Shown here: one piece after another, positions 44,124 through 53,080 of the stretch
How positions within the stretch are numbered: position 1 is the stretch's first letter
Layout: every line of letters begins with the position of its first letter
Source: an uncultured Planctomycetaceae bacterium
GTDB lineage: Bacteria; Planctomycetota; Planctomycetia; Planctomycetales; Planctomycetaceae
Direction: 5' to 3'
Assembly (NCBI GenBank): GCA_963813715.1
Contig: CAWFAK010000012.1
Location: 352,001-416,000, forward strand
Length of the DNA stretch: 64,000 nt
Translations under genes and position numbers: made by a program
Notes under the pieces: generated by a model
Databases searched by the model: none
What the model was told of the DNA's origin: nothing
What the model saw: only the letters and a program-made list of their open reading frames with translations

Positions 44124-45215
44124 TCAGCTCAGCGCCTGCAAGATTCCCTTGATGTGGCCGATCGCGAAGGCGAACGCCTGCAGGCTGTGCGGGTCGTCGG
44201 GATGAGAGGGCACGTGGTCGGGCATCAGCATGCCGTCGTAGCCGACGTCCCGCAGAATCCGCGCGATCTCGAACAGGTTGACATCTCCCTCGTCCGGGTA
44301 GACCTCGCGAAAGTCGTCCCGGTGTCCGCAGATGTTGCGGAAGTGGATGTTGAAGATCTTCCGCCGCTCGCCGAACTCGCGGACGATCGGCCCCAGCTCG
44401 CGGTGGGGGTCAGCCAGCATTTCGGCCACCGTCCCCAGGCAAAAGTTGAGGCCATGCCACGGGCTTTCCCGCAGTGAGACGAACTTGCGCAGCCCATCGA
44501 CCGTCCCCAACACGCGGCTCACCCCCTGGAAACCTGCCGGTGGAACGCCCGGATCGTGCGGGTGACAGGCGGCCCGGACCTTGTGTTCGTTGCAGACGGG
44601 GATCACGCGCTCGAGGAAATAATCGATTCGCTCCCAGGCCTGCTCTTGCGTCACGTGTCCGGCCCGAGTCAGCGGCGGATTCGGTCGGGCCTCGGCAAGC
44701 CGCCAGGTGCTGTAGGTCGAGCCGCCGCGCCCGGCCGTCGCGTGAATCCGCAGCACGCCCAACAGGCTCATGTTGTATTTGAATGAAGGAACGCCCGCCT
44801 TCGCGCAGGCTGCGATCATCTGGTGGATGTCGGCAATGTCGCGGTCGCGCTGGGGACTCTCGCCGAGCATGATCGCGCCGCGCTTTTCGTGATCGATGTG
44901 GCTCGACGTGAGAAACGGCAGTGCGACCATCTCCAGTCGCACGCCATGCTGTTCGCAAAGGTCGCGGGTGCGTTCAAGTTCCTCGAGCGTCCAATATCCG
45001 CGCGTCGCAGGATGGGTCGGATAGCCACAAATCGCGTCGCAACCGTGCCGCTTGCAAAATTGCAGCGTGGCTGCTGTCGTCGGGCCCTGCTGCGTGCCCA
45101 CGTGCATTCTGAGCGGCGTCGGCCGACGACTCGGCTCGGATGCTGCCCCGGCGTGTGCGGTCCGACTCGCTGTCAAAGCGACGCCGGCTGCCGACAGAAA
45201 CTCGCGGCGTTTCAT
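44124..45215 (-). CDS. uxuA: Mannonate dehydratase (UxuA) family protein with a Tat signal
   Basis: 'MKRREFL'; 'YFLERVIPV', 'HPHDP', 'GLNFCLG', 'IHFRN', 'DEGDVN', 'MPDHVP'. Confidence 0.8.
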   Translation of the reverse strand: MKRREFLSAAGVALTASRTAHAGAASEPSRRPTPLRMHVGTQQGPTTAATLQFCKRHGCDAICGYPTHPATRGYWTLEELERTRDLCEQHGVRLEMVALPFLTSSHIDHEKRGAIMLGESPQRDRDIADIHQMIAACAKAGVPSFKYNMSLLGVLRIHATAGRGGSTYSTWRLAEARPNPPLTRAGHVTQEQAWERIDYFLERVIPVCNEHKVRAACHPHDPGVPPAGFQGVSRVLGTVDGLRKFVSLRESPWHGLNFCLGTVAEMLADPHRELGPIVREFGERRKIFNIHFRNICGHRDDFREVYPDEGDVNLFEIARILRDVGYDGMLMPDHVPSHPDDPHSLQAFAFAIGHIKGILQALS

Positions 45216-45748
45216 GGCCGGCCCTTCTGCTCAGCCGTGGTGCGCTCGAGGTACGGCTGCGACGCCTGCTGGCTTTGACCCGGGGGAATTGTGAGCCATT
45301 TGCGGCCGGGCGCGAGCAACCGGGCCAAATAGAGAATCTGCCCCACGTGATACGCCGTGTGGGTCACCGAGCGGAGGCTTGCCTCGCGGGCGCTCATCGC
45401 CTCGCCGCGGATCGTGATGGTCCGGTCGAGATCGAGGTTGGACAAACTTCCGAGCGTGTTTTCGAGCGCGCTCCAGCCGTCATTCCAGCGCTGCATGATG
45501 GCGTCGCGCGAATCGGCGGCGGCGATTTCAAACTCCGTGTCGCGTTGCCGGTTCGGCTTCTCGCCGTCGGTGGTCAGGAAATCGGTCCAACGCGAACGGA
45601 GATTGCCGCCGACGTGCTTGACGATGAGCGCGATCGGATTGACCGCTTCTCCCGGCTTGTGAAAAAACGCCGCGTCGTCGATGCCCGCCAGCGTCTCCTC
45701 GCCCATTTTGCGATAACGGCGGAACTCGGCCCGAATTTCGGACAGCAT
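45212..45748 (-). CDS. DUF1572/DinB-superfamily protein
   Basis: 'NPIALIVKHVGGNLRSRWTDFLTTDGEKPNRQRDTEF', 'HTAYHVGQI'. Confidence 0.88.
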   Translation of the reverse strand: MLSEIRAEFRRYRKMGEETLAGIDDAAFFHKPGEAVNPIALIVKHVGGNLRSRWTDFLTTDGEKPNRQRDTEFEIAAADSRDAIMQRWNDGWSALENTLGSLSNLDLDRTITIRGEAMSAREASLRSVTHTAYHVGQILYLARLLAPGRKWLTIPPGQSQQASQPYLERTTAEQKGRP

Positions 45749-45912
45749 GGCTGATTCCTCCCAGTTGGTAGCCGAACGGTTTGTGCCGGCTTGAGCGGGT
45801 CTCGCGGGGAAACGGCTCGTGGGTTTCCGATCGCGGTCCGGCGCGGTATGGTCGCGCGTCTCGCGAACGCGCTGCCTTGTCCACCTTCCCCTCCAGGCAT
45901 CGTAGACCACCC

Positions 45913-47280
45913 ATGCGCGGACCGGAACGCCCAGCCTCGGAGAGGTCCGCGCCGCTCGCCGCTGCGGGAACCGCGCCGGCAACGCGCACGCGTTTCCTGG
46001 TGCTGGCGGTCGGCTGCGGGTTGGCGTTTTTGGCCTACGTCCATCGGCAAGCCTTCGTCCGCGCGCAGCCTTACATCGCGGACAATCTGGGCCTCAACGA
46101 TCAACAGTTTGGCTACCTCACAGCAGCATTCTTGATCGGTTACGGCCTGTTTCAAGTCCCCTGCGGCCTGTTGGGCGACCGTTTTGGCGCGGCACCTGCT
46201 GGCCCTGTTGGTGATTGCCTGGTCGCTGCTCACGGGACTGCAAGCGTTCGTCGGCATTTCCGCGGCGTGGATGTCGCCGCTGGTGTACCTGATCGCGATG
46301 CGATTTGCCTTTGGCGTAGCACAGGCGGGCTATTTCCCCGTCTGGTCACGTGTGATGGCCGACTGGATGCCCGTGTCCGAGCGGGGCACGGCTCAAGGGA
46401 CCGTTTGGATGTTCAGCCGGCTGGGCGGCGCCGTCGCGCCGTTCTTGTTTGGCGGATCTGTTCGAACTGTTCGGGGACGTGGACCACGCCGCTGTGGGTG
46501 CTGGCCGCGCTCGGCCCTTGCGGCGCGATTCCGTTTTGGATCTGGTTTCGCAATCGACCGGATGAAATGCCGCGGGTGAACGCGGCCGAGCGGCAAATCA
46601 TTTCGGCCGGGCGAGCGCCGCCCGCCGCGAATGGGGGCGCGACGCGGGTTCCGTCGCGCGCGCTCGTGACCTCGGTCAACGTGTGGGCGCTCTGCTTGAT
46701 GTACGGATTGGTTGGCACGGCCGGCAACTTTGTCACGACGCTCTTGCCCAACTATCTCGATCACACACGCCATCTCTCGAAGCACGACGTCACCTGGATC
46801 ACGGCGGCTCCGCTCGCCCTCGGTGTCGTTTCGTGCGCGCTGGGCGGAGTGCTTTCCGACTGGATCATCCGCCGCTGGGGCAGCCGCAAATGGGGCCGAC
46901 GCGCGAACGCGGCCATCGGGCTCTTGCTGGCGGGGCTCTCGCTCTCGGTGATTCCCTGGGTCGGACCGATTTCGCTGATGGGCGCGCTCTTCAGCATTTC
47001 GTTCTTCTGCAACGACCTGATGATCGGCCCGGCGTGGGCCGCCTGCGTCGACGTCGGCGAGCGTTACGCCGGCACGATCAGCGGCGCAATGAACATGACG
47101 AGCCAGCTCTTCGGGGCGGTGGGCATGGCCTTCGCCGGCTACATGATGCATCGCGGCGCCACGCACACGCTGTTTCCCCTGTTCGGCTGCGCGTATTTTC
47201 TGGCCGCATGCTGTTGGTTGTTCGTCGACGTGACGCGACCGCTCCGAACCGACGACAATCCGGCAGTGTCGTCCGATTAG
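45913..47280 (+). CDS. MFS transporter (ACS, sugar-acid type); compensating frameshifts near 46190 and 46450
   Basis: 'LAYVHRQ', 'GYGLFQVPCGLLGDRFG', 'WMPVSERGTAQG' (ORF 46184-46579), 'WFRNRP..MPRVNAAE', 'AGTISGAMN'. Confidence 0.88.
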   Translation: MRGPERPASERSAPLAAAGTAPATRTRFLVLAVGCGLAFLAYVHRQAFVRAQPYIADNLGLNDQQFGYLTAAFLIGYGLFQVPCGLLGDRFGAAPAGPVGDCLVAAHGTASVRRHFRGVDVAAGVPDRDAICLWRSTGGLFPRLVTCDGRLDARVRAGHGSRDRLDVQPAGRRRRAVLVWRICSNCSGTWTTPLWVLAALGPCGAIPFWIWFRNRPDEMPRVNAAERQIISAGRAPPAANGGATRVPSRALVTSVNVWALCLMYGLVGTAGNFVTTLLPNYLDHTRHLSKHDVTWITAAPLALGVVSCALGGVLSDWIIRRWGSRKWGRRANAAIGLLLAGLSLSVIPWVGPISLMGALFSISFFCNDLMIGPAWAACVDVGERYAGTISGAMNMTSQLFGAVGMAFAGYMMHRGATHTLFPLFGCAYFLAACCWLFVDVTRPLRTDDNPAVSSD

Positions 47281-47317
47281 GCGTCTTCGCGAATCGGCCT
47301 TTTGAGGAGCCCGTGCC

Positions 47318-47905
47318 ATGCGGAATGTCGCCATCCTGATTTTTCCGGACGTGGAAATCCTCGATTTCTGCGGACCGTTTGAAGTCTTCTCCGTTGCCAC
47401 CCGCGTGGCCGTGCCCGGCGCTTTCCAGGTGTTTACGATTGCCGAGGCCCCGGGTCCCGTTCGCACCTACAACGGACTGAGCGTGAACCCGCATTTCCGG
47501 CTCGACGACTGCCCGCCGCCGCAGCTGCTGTTAATTCCCGGCGGTCTGGGGACGCGCCCGCTGCTCGACAATGCGCCGCTGCTCGACTGGATTCGCACTC
47601 AGTCCGCCAAGGCCGAGTTGACGCTGTCGGTCTGCACCGGTTCGCTGCTGTTGGCGAAGGCCGGTTTGCTGGAAGACCAGGCCGCCACGACGCACGCCGC
47701 GGCCATGGATCTGTTGCGGCAACTGGCCCCGAATTCGACTTTGCACCCCGACCGTCGCTACGTCGACAACGGACCAATCATCACTTCGGCGGGAATCGCG
47801 GCCGGGATCGATATGAGTCTGCACGTCGTCGAGCGACTGCACGGCGCGGAGGCGGCCATCAAGACGGCAAGCTACATGGAGTATCCGTGGACGGCCGGCT
47901 CTTGA
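47318..47905 (+). CDS. DJ-1/PfpI family protein (InhA-like)
   Basis: 'VEILDFCGPFEVF', 'IPGG', 'SVCTG', 'ATTH', 'TSAGIAAGID'. Confidence 0.92.
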   Translation: MRNVAILIFPDVEILDFCGPFEVFSVATRVAVPGAFQVFTIAEAPGPVRTYNGLSVNPHFRLDDCPPPQLLLIPGGLGTRPLLDNAPLLDWIRTQSAKAELTLSVCTGSLLLAKAGLLEDQAATTHAAAMDLLRQLAPNSTLHPDRRYVDNGPIITSAGIAAGIDMSLHVVERLHGAEAAIKTASYMEYPWTAGS

Positions 47906-47936
47906 GAAAACCTCGCCCGATCCGTTCGAATCGCGA

Positions 47937-48557
47937 CTAACCGACGGCGGGCGGCCGCAGCATGGACCAGAGCGGAACGCTGGTCGGGTTCTCGAGGTGC
48001 TCCATCACGCGAAACCCGTGCCGCTCGTAAAGCCGCACGTTGCCCGTCGTGTGGGTTTCGAGATAACAGGGCACGCGCTCTTCATCGGCCCGTGCCAGCA
48101 CAGGGGCCATCAGTGCGCCGCCGATGCCGCGCCCCTGGTGTGTAGGATCGACGCCGATCGTCGCCAGAAACCAGTGCGGTCCTTTCGCATATTTCTCGTG
48201 CAGCCGCCGCTGCTCGTGATCGAAATCGACCAAACGCTGAAAGCCCGCCCAACCGAATCCCAGCGGGAGTCCCAGCATTCCGGAGCGGACTTCGCGCGCG
48301 AAGGACGGCAGGCCCACACCGGGGGGCAGCCAGCAGCAGGCCCCTTCCACTCCGGCGCTGACGTGCACTTCGCCGTAACGCAACGAATCGCGGACGATGG
48401 CTCCATACAGCGTGGCCACGCCCCGGCGGCGTCGGGCGAGCTGTTCGTTCGCGTAGATCATCAGCGGATAGTCAAGAAATGCCCGCGTCAGCATTTGGCG
48501 AGCGGCGGCAAACTGCTCCTGACGCAGCCGCACGATTTCCAGTCCGGTCACACTCAT
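47937..48557 (-). CDS. GNAT acetyltransferase (puromycin-acetyltransferase-like)
   Basis: 'HWFLATIGVDPTHQGRGIG', 'PCYLET', 'NVRLYERHGF'. Confidence 0.9.
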   Translation of the reverse strand: MSVTGLEIVRLRQEQFAAARQMLTRAFLDYPLMIYANEQLARRRRGVATLYGAIVRDSLRYGEVHVSAGVEGACCWLPPGVGLPSFAREVRSGMLGLPLGFGWAGFQRLVDFDHEQRRLHEKYAKGPHWFLATIGVDPTHQGRGIGGALMAPVLARADEERVPCYLETHTTGNVRLYERHGFRVMEHLENPTSVPLWSMLRPPAVG

Positions 48558-48777
48558 TACGGTTCCTGTCTCGACGGTAAGGCTTGGCCCCTCGGACTCG
48601 CGTGTTTCGTTGGTTGATTGCGGCGATATTAGCACATGGACAGGCGTTGCCGGACTGCTGGCAGCCTTGGGCAATTTGATTTTGCGGTCTGCCCGGGTCC
48701 CCGCTATTATTCCGCACCGCAGCCGCCTGCCGCGATCGGCTGCCACAACAAAGTCGGGCCGAAGCAAGGCGCACGTC

Positions 48778-49589
48778 ATGTCCGATCATCGCGTCGTTTC
48801 GTCCAATCATCGCGTCATCGTTGTGAGCATCCCCAAATCGGGCACGTACCTTGTGGCCGAGTTCCTCAAGGCCCTCGGCTACCGCTGGACGGGAATGCAC
48901 CTGGCCGAGTTGGCCTACACCGACTACAGCGGCAGCGCGCTCGAAGACGCGCGGCGAGACCCGGGCCGCTTCGCGCGGAGCGAGCCGCTGATCATCTCGC
49001 TCGAGCGGATTCACGCCGGCGACTTCGCCGTCGGCCATCTACCCTTCAAAGCCGACATCATTGACGCGACCCGCCCGTTCAAGCGACTGTTTGTAGCGCG
49101 CGACCTGCGGACGGCGCTCATCTCTTACATGCGATTCCTGCACTCGACTGGAAGGCTGGAGGCCCGCCATCTCCCGTGGTACTCCGTGTCCGACCCGCGA
49201 CAGCGCTGCCTCGTGTTTCTGCAAACGAGCGCCCCTACATGCTGAAGCGGTTCTACGAACCGATGGTGGGCTGGTCGAAGCTCCACGGCACACTGCAGGT
49301 GCGTTTTGAAGACCTGACGGGCGACAGCACGCAAGCCGCCAGCGTGATCGAGTCGGTCGCGGCATTTCTTGGTGCTCCGACCGGCGAAGCACAGCGCGTG
49401 CTTCGCGCAAGCCTGCAATCCGAAACGATCACGAAATCGGACGGTCTGACGCGGCTCGACGATTATTGGAGCCCGGAAGCCGAACGACACTTCCTCGAAA
49501 TCGGCGGAGCGGAACTCAACGCGCGACTCGGCTGCTCGGCCGTCGGCAACCTGGCGGCAAGCGACGCTTGCAGTCGGCGTGCGGCCTGA
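48778..49589 (+). CDS. Sulfotransferase-fold protein, frameshift near 49235
   Basis: 'VVSIPKSGTYL', 'GHLP', 'ARDLRTALISY', 'VRFEDL', 'VAAFLG'. Confidence 0.7.
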
Positions 49590-49681
49590 CGCAGCACCCC
49601 GCACCGGCGGCTGCGCTCCGATTTCGTGGCGACTCAATAGAATGAGTTCGGCACGAAAACGGGAGCGAGAGAGCCGATCGG

Positions 49682-50611
49682 ATGAAGCGCGTCTTCCTCG
49701 TCAATCGCAAAGCCGGCTCGGGAATCTCGCCCCGCGCGGTCGAACGCCTCTCGGAATATTTTCGCGCGCGGGACGGCTCGTTCGAGCCGGTCTTCGCCGA
49801 GAGTCGCGACGAAGCGATCCGGCAGACTCGGACTGCGCTCGCACACGGGGCCGAGCAGATCGTCGCGGTCGGCGGCGACGGGACGGCGAACGCGGCGCTC
49901 AACGGCTTCTTCCAGGACGAAGACTGCGGCAAGCTCATCAACCCGGCCGCCTGCCTGGCGGTGGCGCGGGCGGGATCGGGGTCGGATTACTTCCGCGGAT
50001 TGAGCAGCGGACTCCGGCGCGATTGGCGCGAGATCGTGCTGCAGCCGTCAGTCCGCCGTGTCGATATCGGGCGTCTCGAACCTGTGGACGGGCGATCGCT
50101 CCGGCCGCTTTATTTTCTCAACATGGCGACGCTCGGTTTCGCAGCCGAGGTCGTTCGCCGCAAGGCGCAGATGTCGCCGCGCTGGCCCCGCACGGCCCGC
50201 TACCTGTTGCCGACGCTGCAAGGACTGTGGCACGTCAAACCCGCGCGGCTGCGGCTCCAGTGCGACGACCAAGCGCTCGAACGCGAAGCGTTCTGCCTGA
50301 TCGTCGCCAAAGGGGCCTACTCGGGAGGCGGCATGAAGTTCGGCAGCCGCGTCGCGCTCGACGACGGCCAGTTCGAGCTGACCCTGTTTCGCCCGATGCC
50401 CGCCTGGCAAATGGCACTCAAAACGCCCAAGCTCTACAGCGGCAATCTCGACTCAGAGGCGAACGTGGAGAAGCATCGGGCCGCGGTGATCGAGATCGAC
50501 GCGGATCCCCCCTTCCTGGTCGAGTGTGACGGCGACGTGATCGGAGCAGCGGCCGTGCGACTGAAAGTGGTCCCGAAAGCGATCGCCGTCTGCTTCCCGT
50601 CGCCAGCGTAG
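49682..50611 (+). CDS. Diacylglycerol/lipid kinase family (YegS/BmrU)
   Basis: 'VNRKAG', 'VAVGGDGT', 'GSGSDY', 'GGGMK...LDDG', 'ECDGD'. Confidence 0.9.
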   Translation: MKRVFLVNRKAGSGISPRAVERLSEYFRARDGSFEPVFAESRDEAIRQTRTALAHGAEQIVAVGGDGTANAALNGFFQDEDCGKLINPAACLAVARAGSGSDYFRGLSSGLRRDWREIVLQPSVRRVDIGRLEPVDGRSLRPLYFLNMATLGFAAEVVRRKAQMSPRWPRTARYLLPTLQGLWHVKPARLRLQCDDQALEREAFCLIVAKGAYSGGGMKFGSRVALDDGQFELTLFRPMPAWQMALKTPKLYSGNLDSEANVEKHRAAVIEIDADPPFLVECDGDVIGAAAVRLKVVPKAIAVCFPSPA

Positions 50612-50678
50612 CCGGATCGACAACCAGCACGCGACGAGCCGGCGTTCAGGCCGGCGTCCAAGAACCCTACGACCGCAC

Positions 50679-51167
50679 TCAAACGGGGCGCGGCTGCACC
50701 GACTTCTTCGGATCGCGACCGGCGATCACCGTGCGGACTTTTTCCAGCAAATCGCCCATGTCGAACGGCTTGTCCATCACGGCGGCCACTCCGACGCGGC
50801 GCGCCTTCTCGTGCGTTTCTTCGTCGCCAAAAGCGGTGATCAGAATCGTCGGCGGAAAGAGCGGGCACTCGCTCGCTCCCTCGACGATGCTCGTGCCGAA
50901 CACTCCGGGCATTCGCACGTCGGAGATCACGAGATCGTACTTGGGCGATTCGGGAGGCTGCTGCACGGTCTCGGGGTGCAGATACACGCCCAGCCGGGCC
51001 AGCAGCTCCGCGCCATCGGCGCATTCCGTCACGGAATAGCCCTGCTGCCGCAGGCGCATGGCGATCACGGCCCGCATATCGTCGGTATCTTCGGCGAGCA
51101 AGATATGCGGCGGCCGTGCCGGCGTTGGGTCGGACTGGGTGATGAACATGGGGTCGGTGATAGTCAT
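50679..51167 (-). CDS. Stand-alone response regulator (receiver domain only)
   Basis: 'ILLAED', 'DLVISDVRMP', 'ILITAFG', 'DKPF'; no output domain. Confidence 0.9.
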   Translation of the reverse strand: MTITDPMFITQSDPTPARPPHILLAEDTDDMRAVIAMRLRQQGYSVTECADGAELLARLGVYLHPETVQQPPESPKYDLVISDVRMPGVFGTSIVEGASECPLFPPTILITAFGDEETHEKARRVGVAAVMDKPFDMGDLLEKVRTVIAGRDPKKSVQPRPV

Positions 51168-51261
51168 CGTAAGCACTCGACAGAAGAGAGAAACAGACGG
51201 GTTGCGTGGGTCAAGCGGGCGTACAACGAGCGGTGAAACATCCCGTTTCTTAACACTCATC

Positions 51262-51276
51262 GCAACGCCTGTGCCA
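51262..51276 (-). promoter_or_regulatory. sigma54 (-24/-12) promoter for the receiver gene
   Basis: Minus-strand TGGCACAGGCGTTGC (GG-N10-GC), about 95 nt upstream of the ATG. Confidence 0.75.
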
Positions 51277-51355
51277 AAGCGGCAGGAAGTGGCCAACTCC
51301 GATCCGCGCCGACATGACCTGCCGCCGACCAATGTAAGGCGGCGCGCGGGGCGGT

Positions 51356-52932
51356 TCAACTCGACGGAGCGGCGTGCGGCGAGGCGGCCTCAATCGGCCG
51401 TGATTCGAACGAGGGCGAGCGGCGGGCGGCACCGTTAGAACCCGCGTCGGTGGACGTTTCGCCGATGCAACGCGTCTCCGCGAGAGGCAAGTAGATTAAA
51501 AAACGGGAACCTTCGCCCGGCTGGCTGCTGACTTCAATCCAGCCGCCATGATCCTGAACGATCCCGTAGGCGATCGAGAGGCCCAGTCCCGTCCCTTTCC
51601 CGACTTCTTTGGTGGTGAAGAACGGATCGAAGATGTGATCGAGATTTTCGGCCGGAATGCCGATCCCCTGATCCTCAATCGACACCCGCGCCGCCGGTTG
51701 GTCCGACGCGTGCCGCGTTCGCGGTCGGCCGGAACGGTCCGGGCTCCACCCGCACGGTCACCGTGCCGCCCTGCGGCATCGCGTGAATCGCATTCTCGAT
51801 GATATTGCTGATTACCTGCTGAATCTGAGAGCGATCGACTTCCGCCATCACGGGGGCATCACCACTTGCCAGCTCGATCGTGACGTTCTCTCGCCGCGCC
51901 ACCGGATCGAGCAGTTGCACCGTCTGTTCGCAGAGCTCAGTCAGATCGAGCGTCTGCTTGTGCGCGCGGCCGCGGCGGCCAAAATCGAGCAGCTGGCGGA
52001 TCATCGCCGACATCGTCTGGATCTGGTTCTTGATCACCTTGAGACTGCCCATCGTCGACTCGGACGGAGAATCCAGACTGATCAGCTCGGCCCGCGCGAG
52101 GACGACATTCATCGGCGTGCCCAATTCGTGCGCCATGCCGCTGGCCAGGCGACCCACCGTCTTTAAGTCGGTCGGCGTGCCGCAGCTGCTCGAGCGCGGC
52201 GATGCGGGCTTCCGTTTCGCCACGCAGCCGCTCGCGGGCGGCCGCCAATTGATTGCACATCAGGTTGAGCGCGAGGCCCAGTTCGGCCAGCTCGTCGCGG
52301 CGGACCAGATGAACGGGATTCGACAGATCGCCGGCGCCGGCGCGGCGCGTTTTCTCGGTGAGCAGTTGCAGCGGACGACCGACCAGCCAGACGCCCAACA
52401 GAGACGCCGCGGCCGCGCTGAGCACGATCAGCAGGGCGCCCAGGAGCGCAAAACGCAGAATGGCCGCGCGGGCGATCCGGTCAGGACCATCCAAGGAGTT
52501 GGTCAGCTCGATGGCGCCCGAGCGCGGCGAAGCAACGGCCACAGGGACGTACGTGTGCAAGACGCCGCGGCCACTCGGCTCGCGCTCTTCGACGTAGACC
52601 AGCTGCCCGTCGCGGACCACCTGCAGGTTGCTTTGGGACAGTACTGGCGTCCCTTCTGCCGCCGTGTTTTCGTCGAGCCAGACCCAGCGGACCTTCAGTT
52701 GACGATTGTTGTGGTTCGCATCGGCGATCAGTTGCAAGGCACGCTGCTCGCCGCTGGTGCGCCACGCGTCTTGGATCAAGGGGGCAAGCGTCTGCCCGAT
52801 TTCGCTCGCTTCGCTTCGCAGGTCGTCCTGCAGGAGCCGTCCATCGTGGCGAATCGCGAAGAACGTGCCCGCAGCGACCACGATCAGCGTTCCGGCCATC
52901 CAGAGCGACACGATCTTGGTGGTCAGTTTCAT
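51356..52932 (-). CDS. Membrane sensor histidine kinase (2 TM, HAMP, HisKA, HATPase); frameshifts near 52165 and 51690
   Basis: HAMP 'RPLQLL...RDELAELG', H-box 'MAHELGTP', N-box '[10 protein letters not shown]', 'DQGIGI', 'FDPFFTTK', 'GTGLGL'. Confidence 0.92.
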
Positions 52933-53080
52933 GACATCTCAATTGTACGGCGCGGAGGACGCTTTTGGCGCTGAGCTCGCATTGGCGTGCCTCATCTTGT
53001 TTGCACTGGCAGAAACCGCGCCGTCGCGTCGCGATTTGGGCGACTTCTCACGCTGCCGATCGGTCATGGTAGCGATCGGG

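Noticed and set aside
52979..52992. sigma54-like AGGCACGCCAATGC upstream of the histidine kinase (minus strand)
   Set aside because: Spacing is GG-N9-GC, one base short; it would qualify only if a base was lost to sequencing error
52939..53070. Small ORF MTDRQREKSPK... between mntH and the HK
   Set aside because: No recognisable motif or RBS; probably regulatory intergenic DNA
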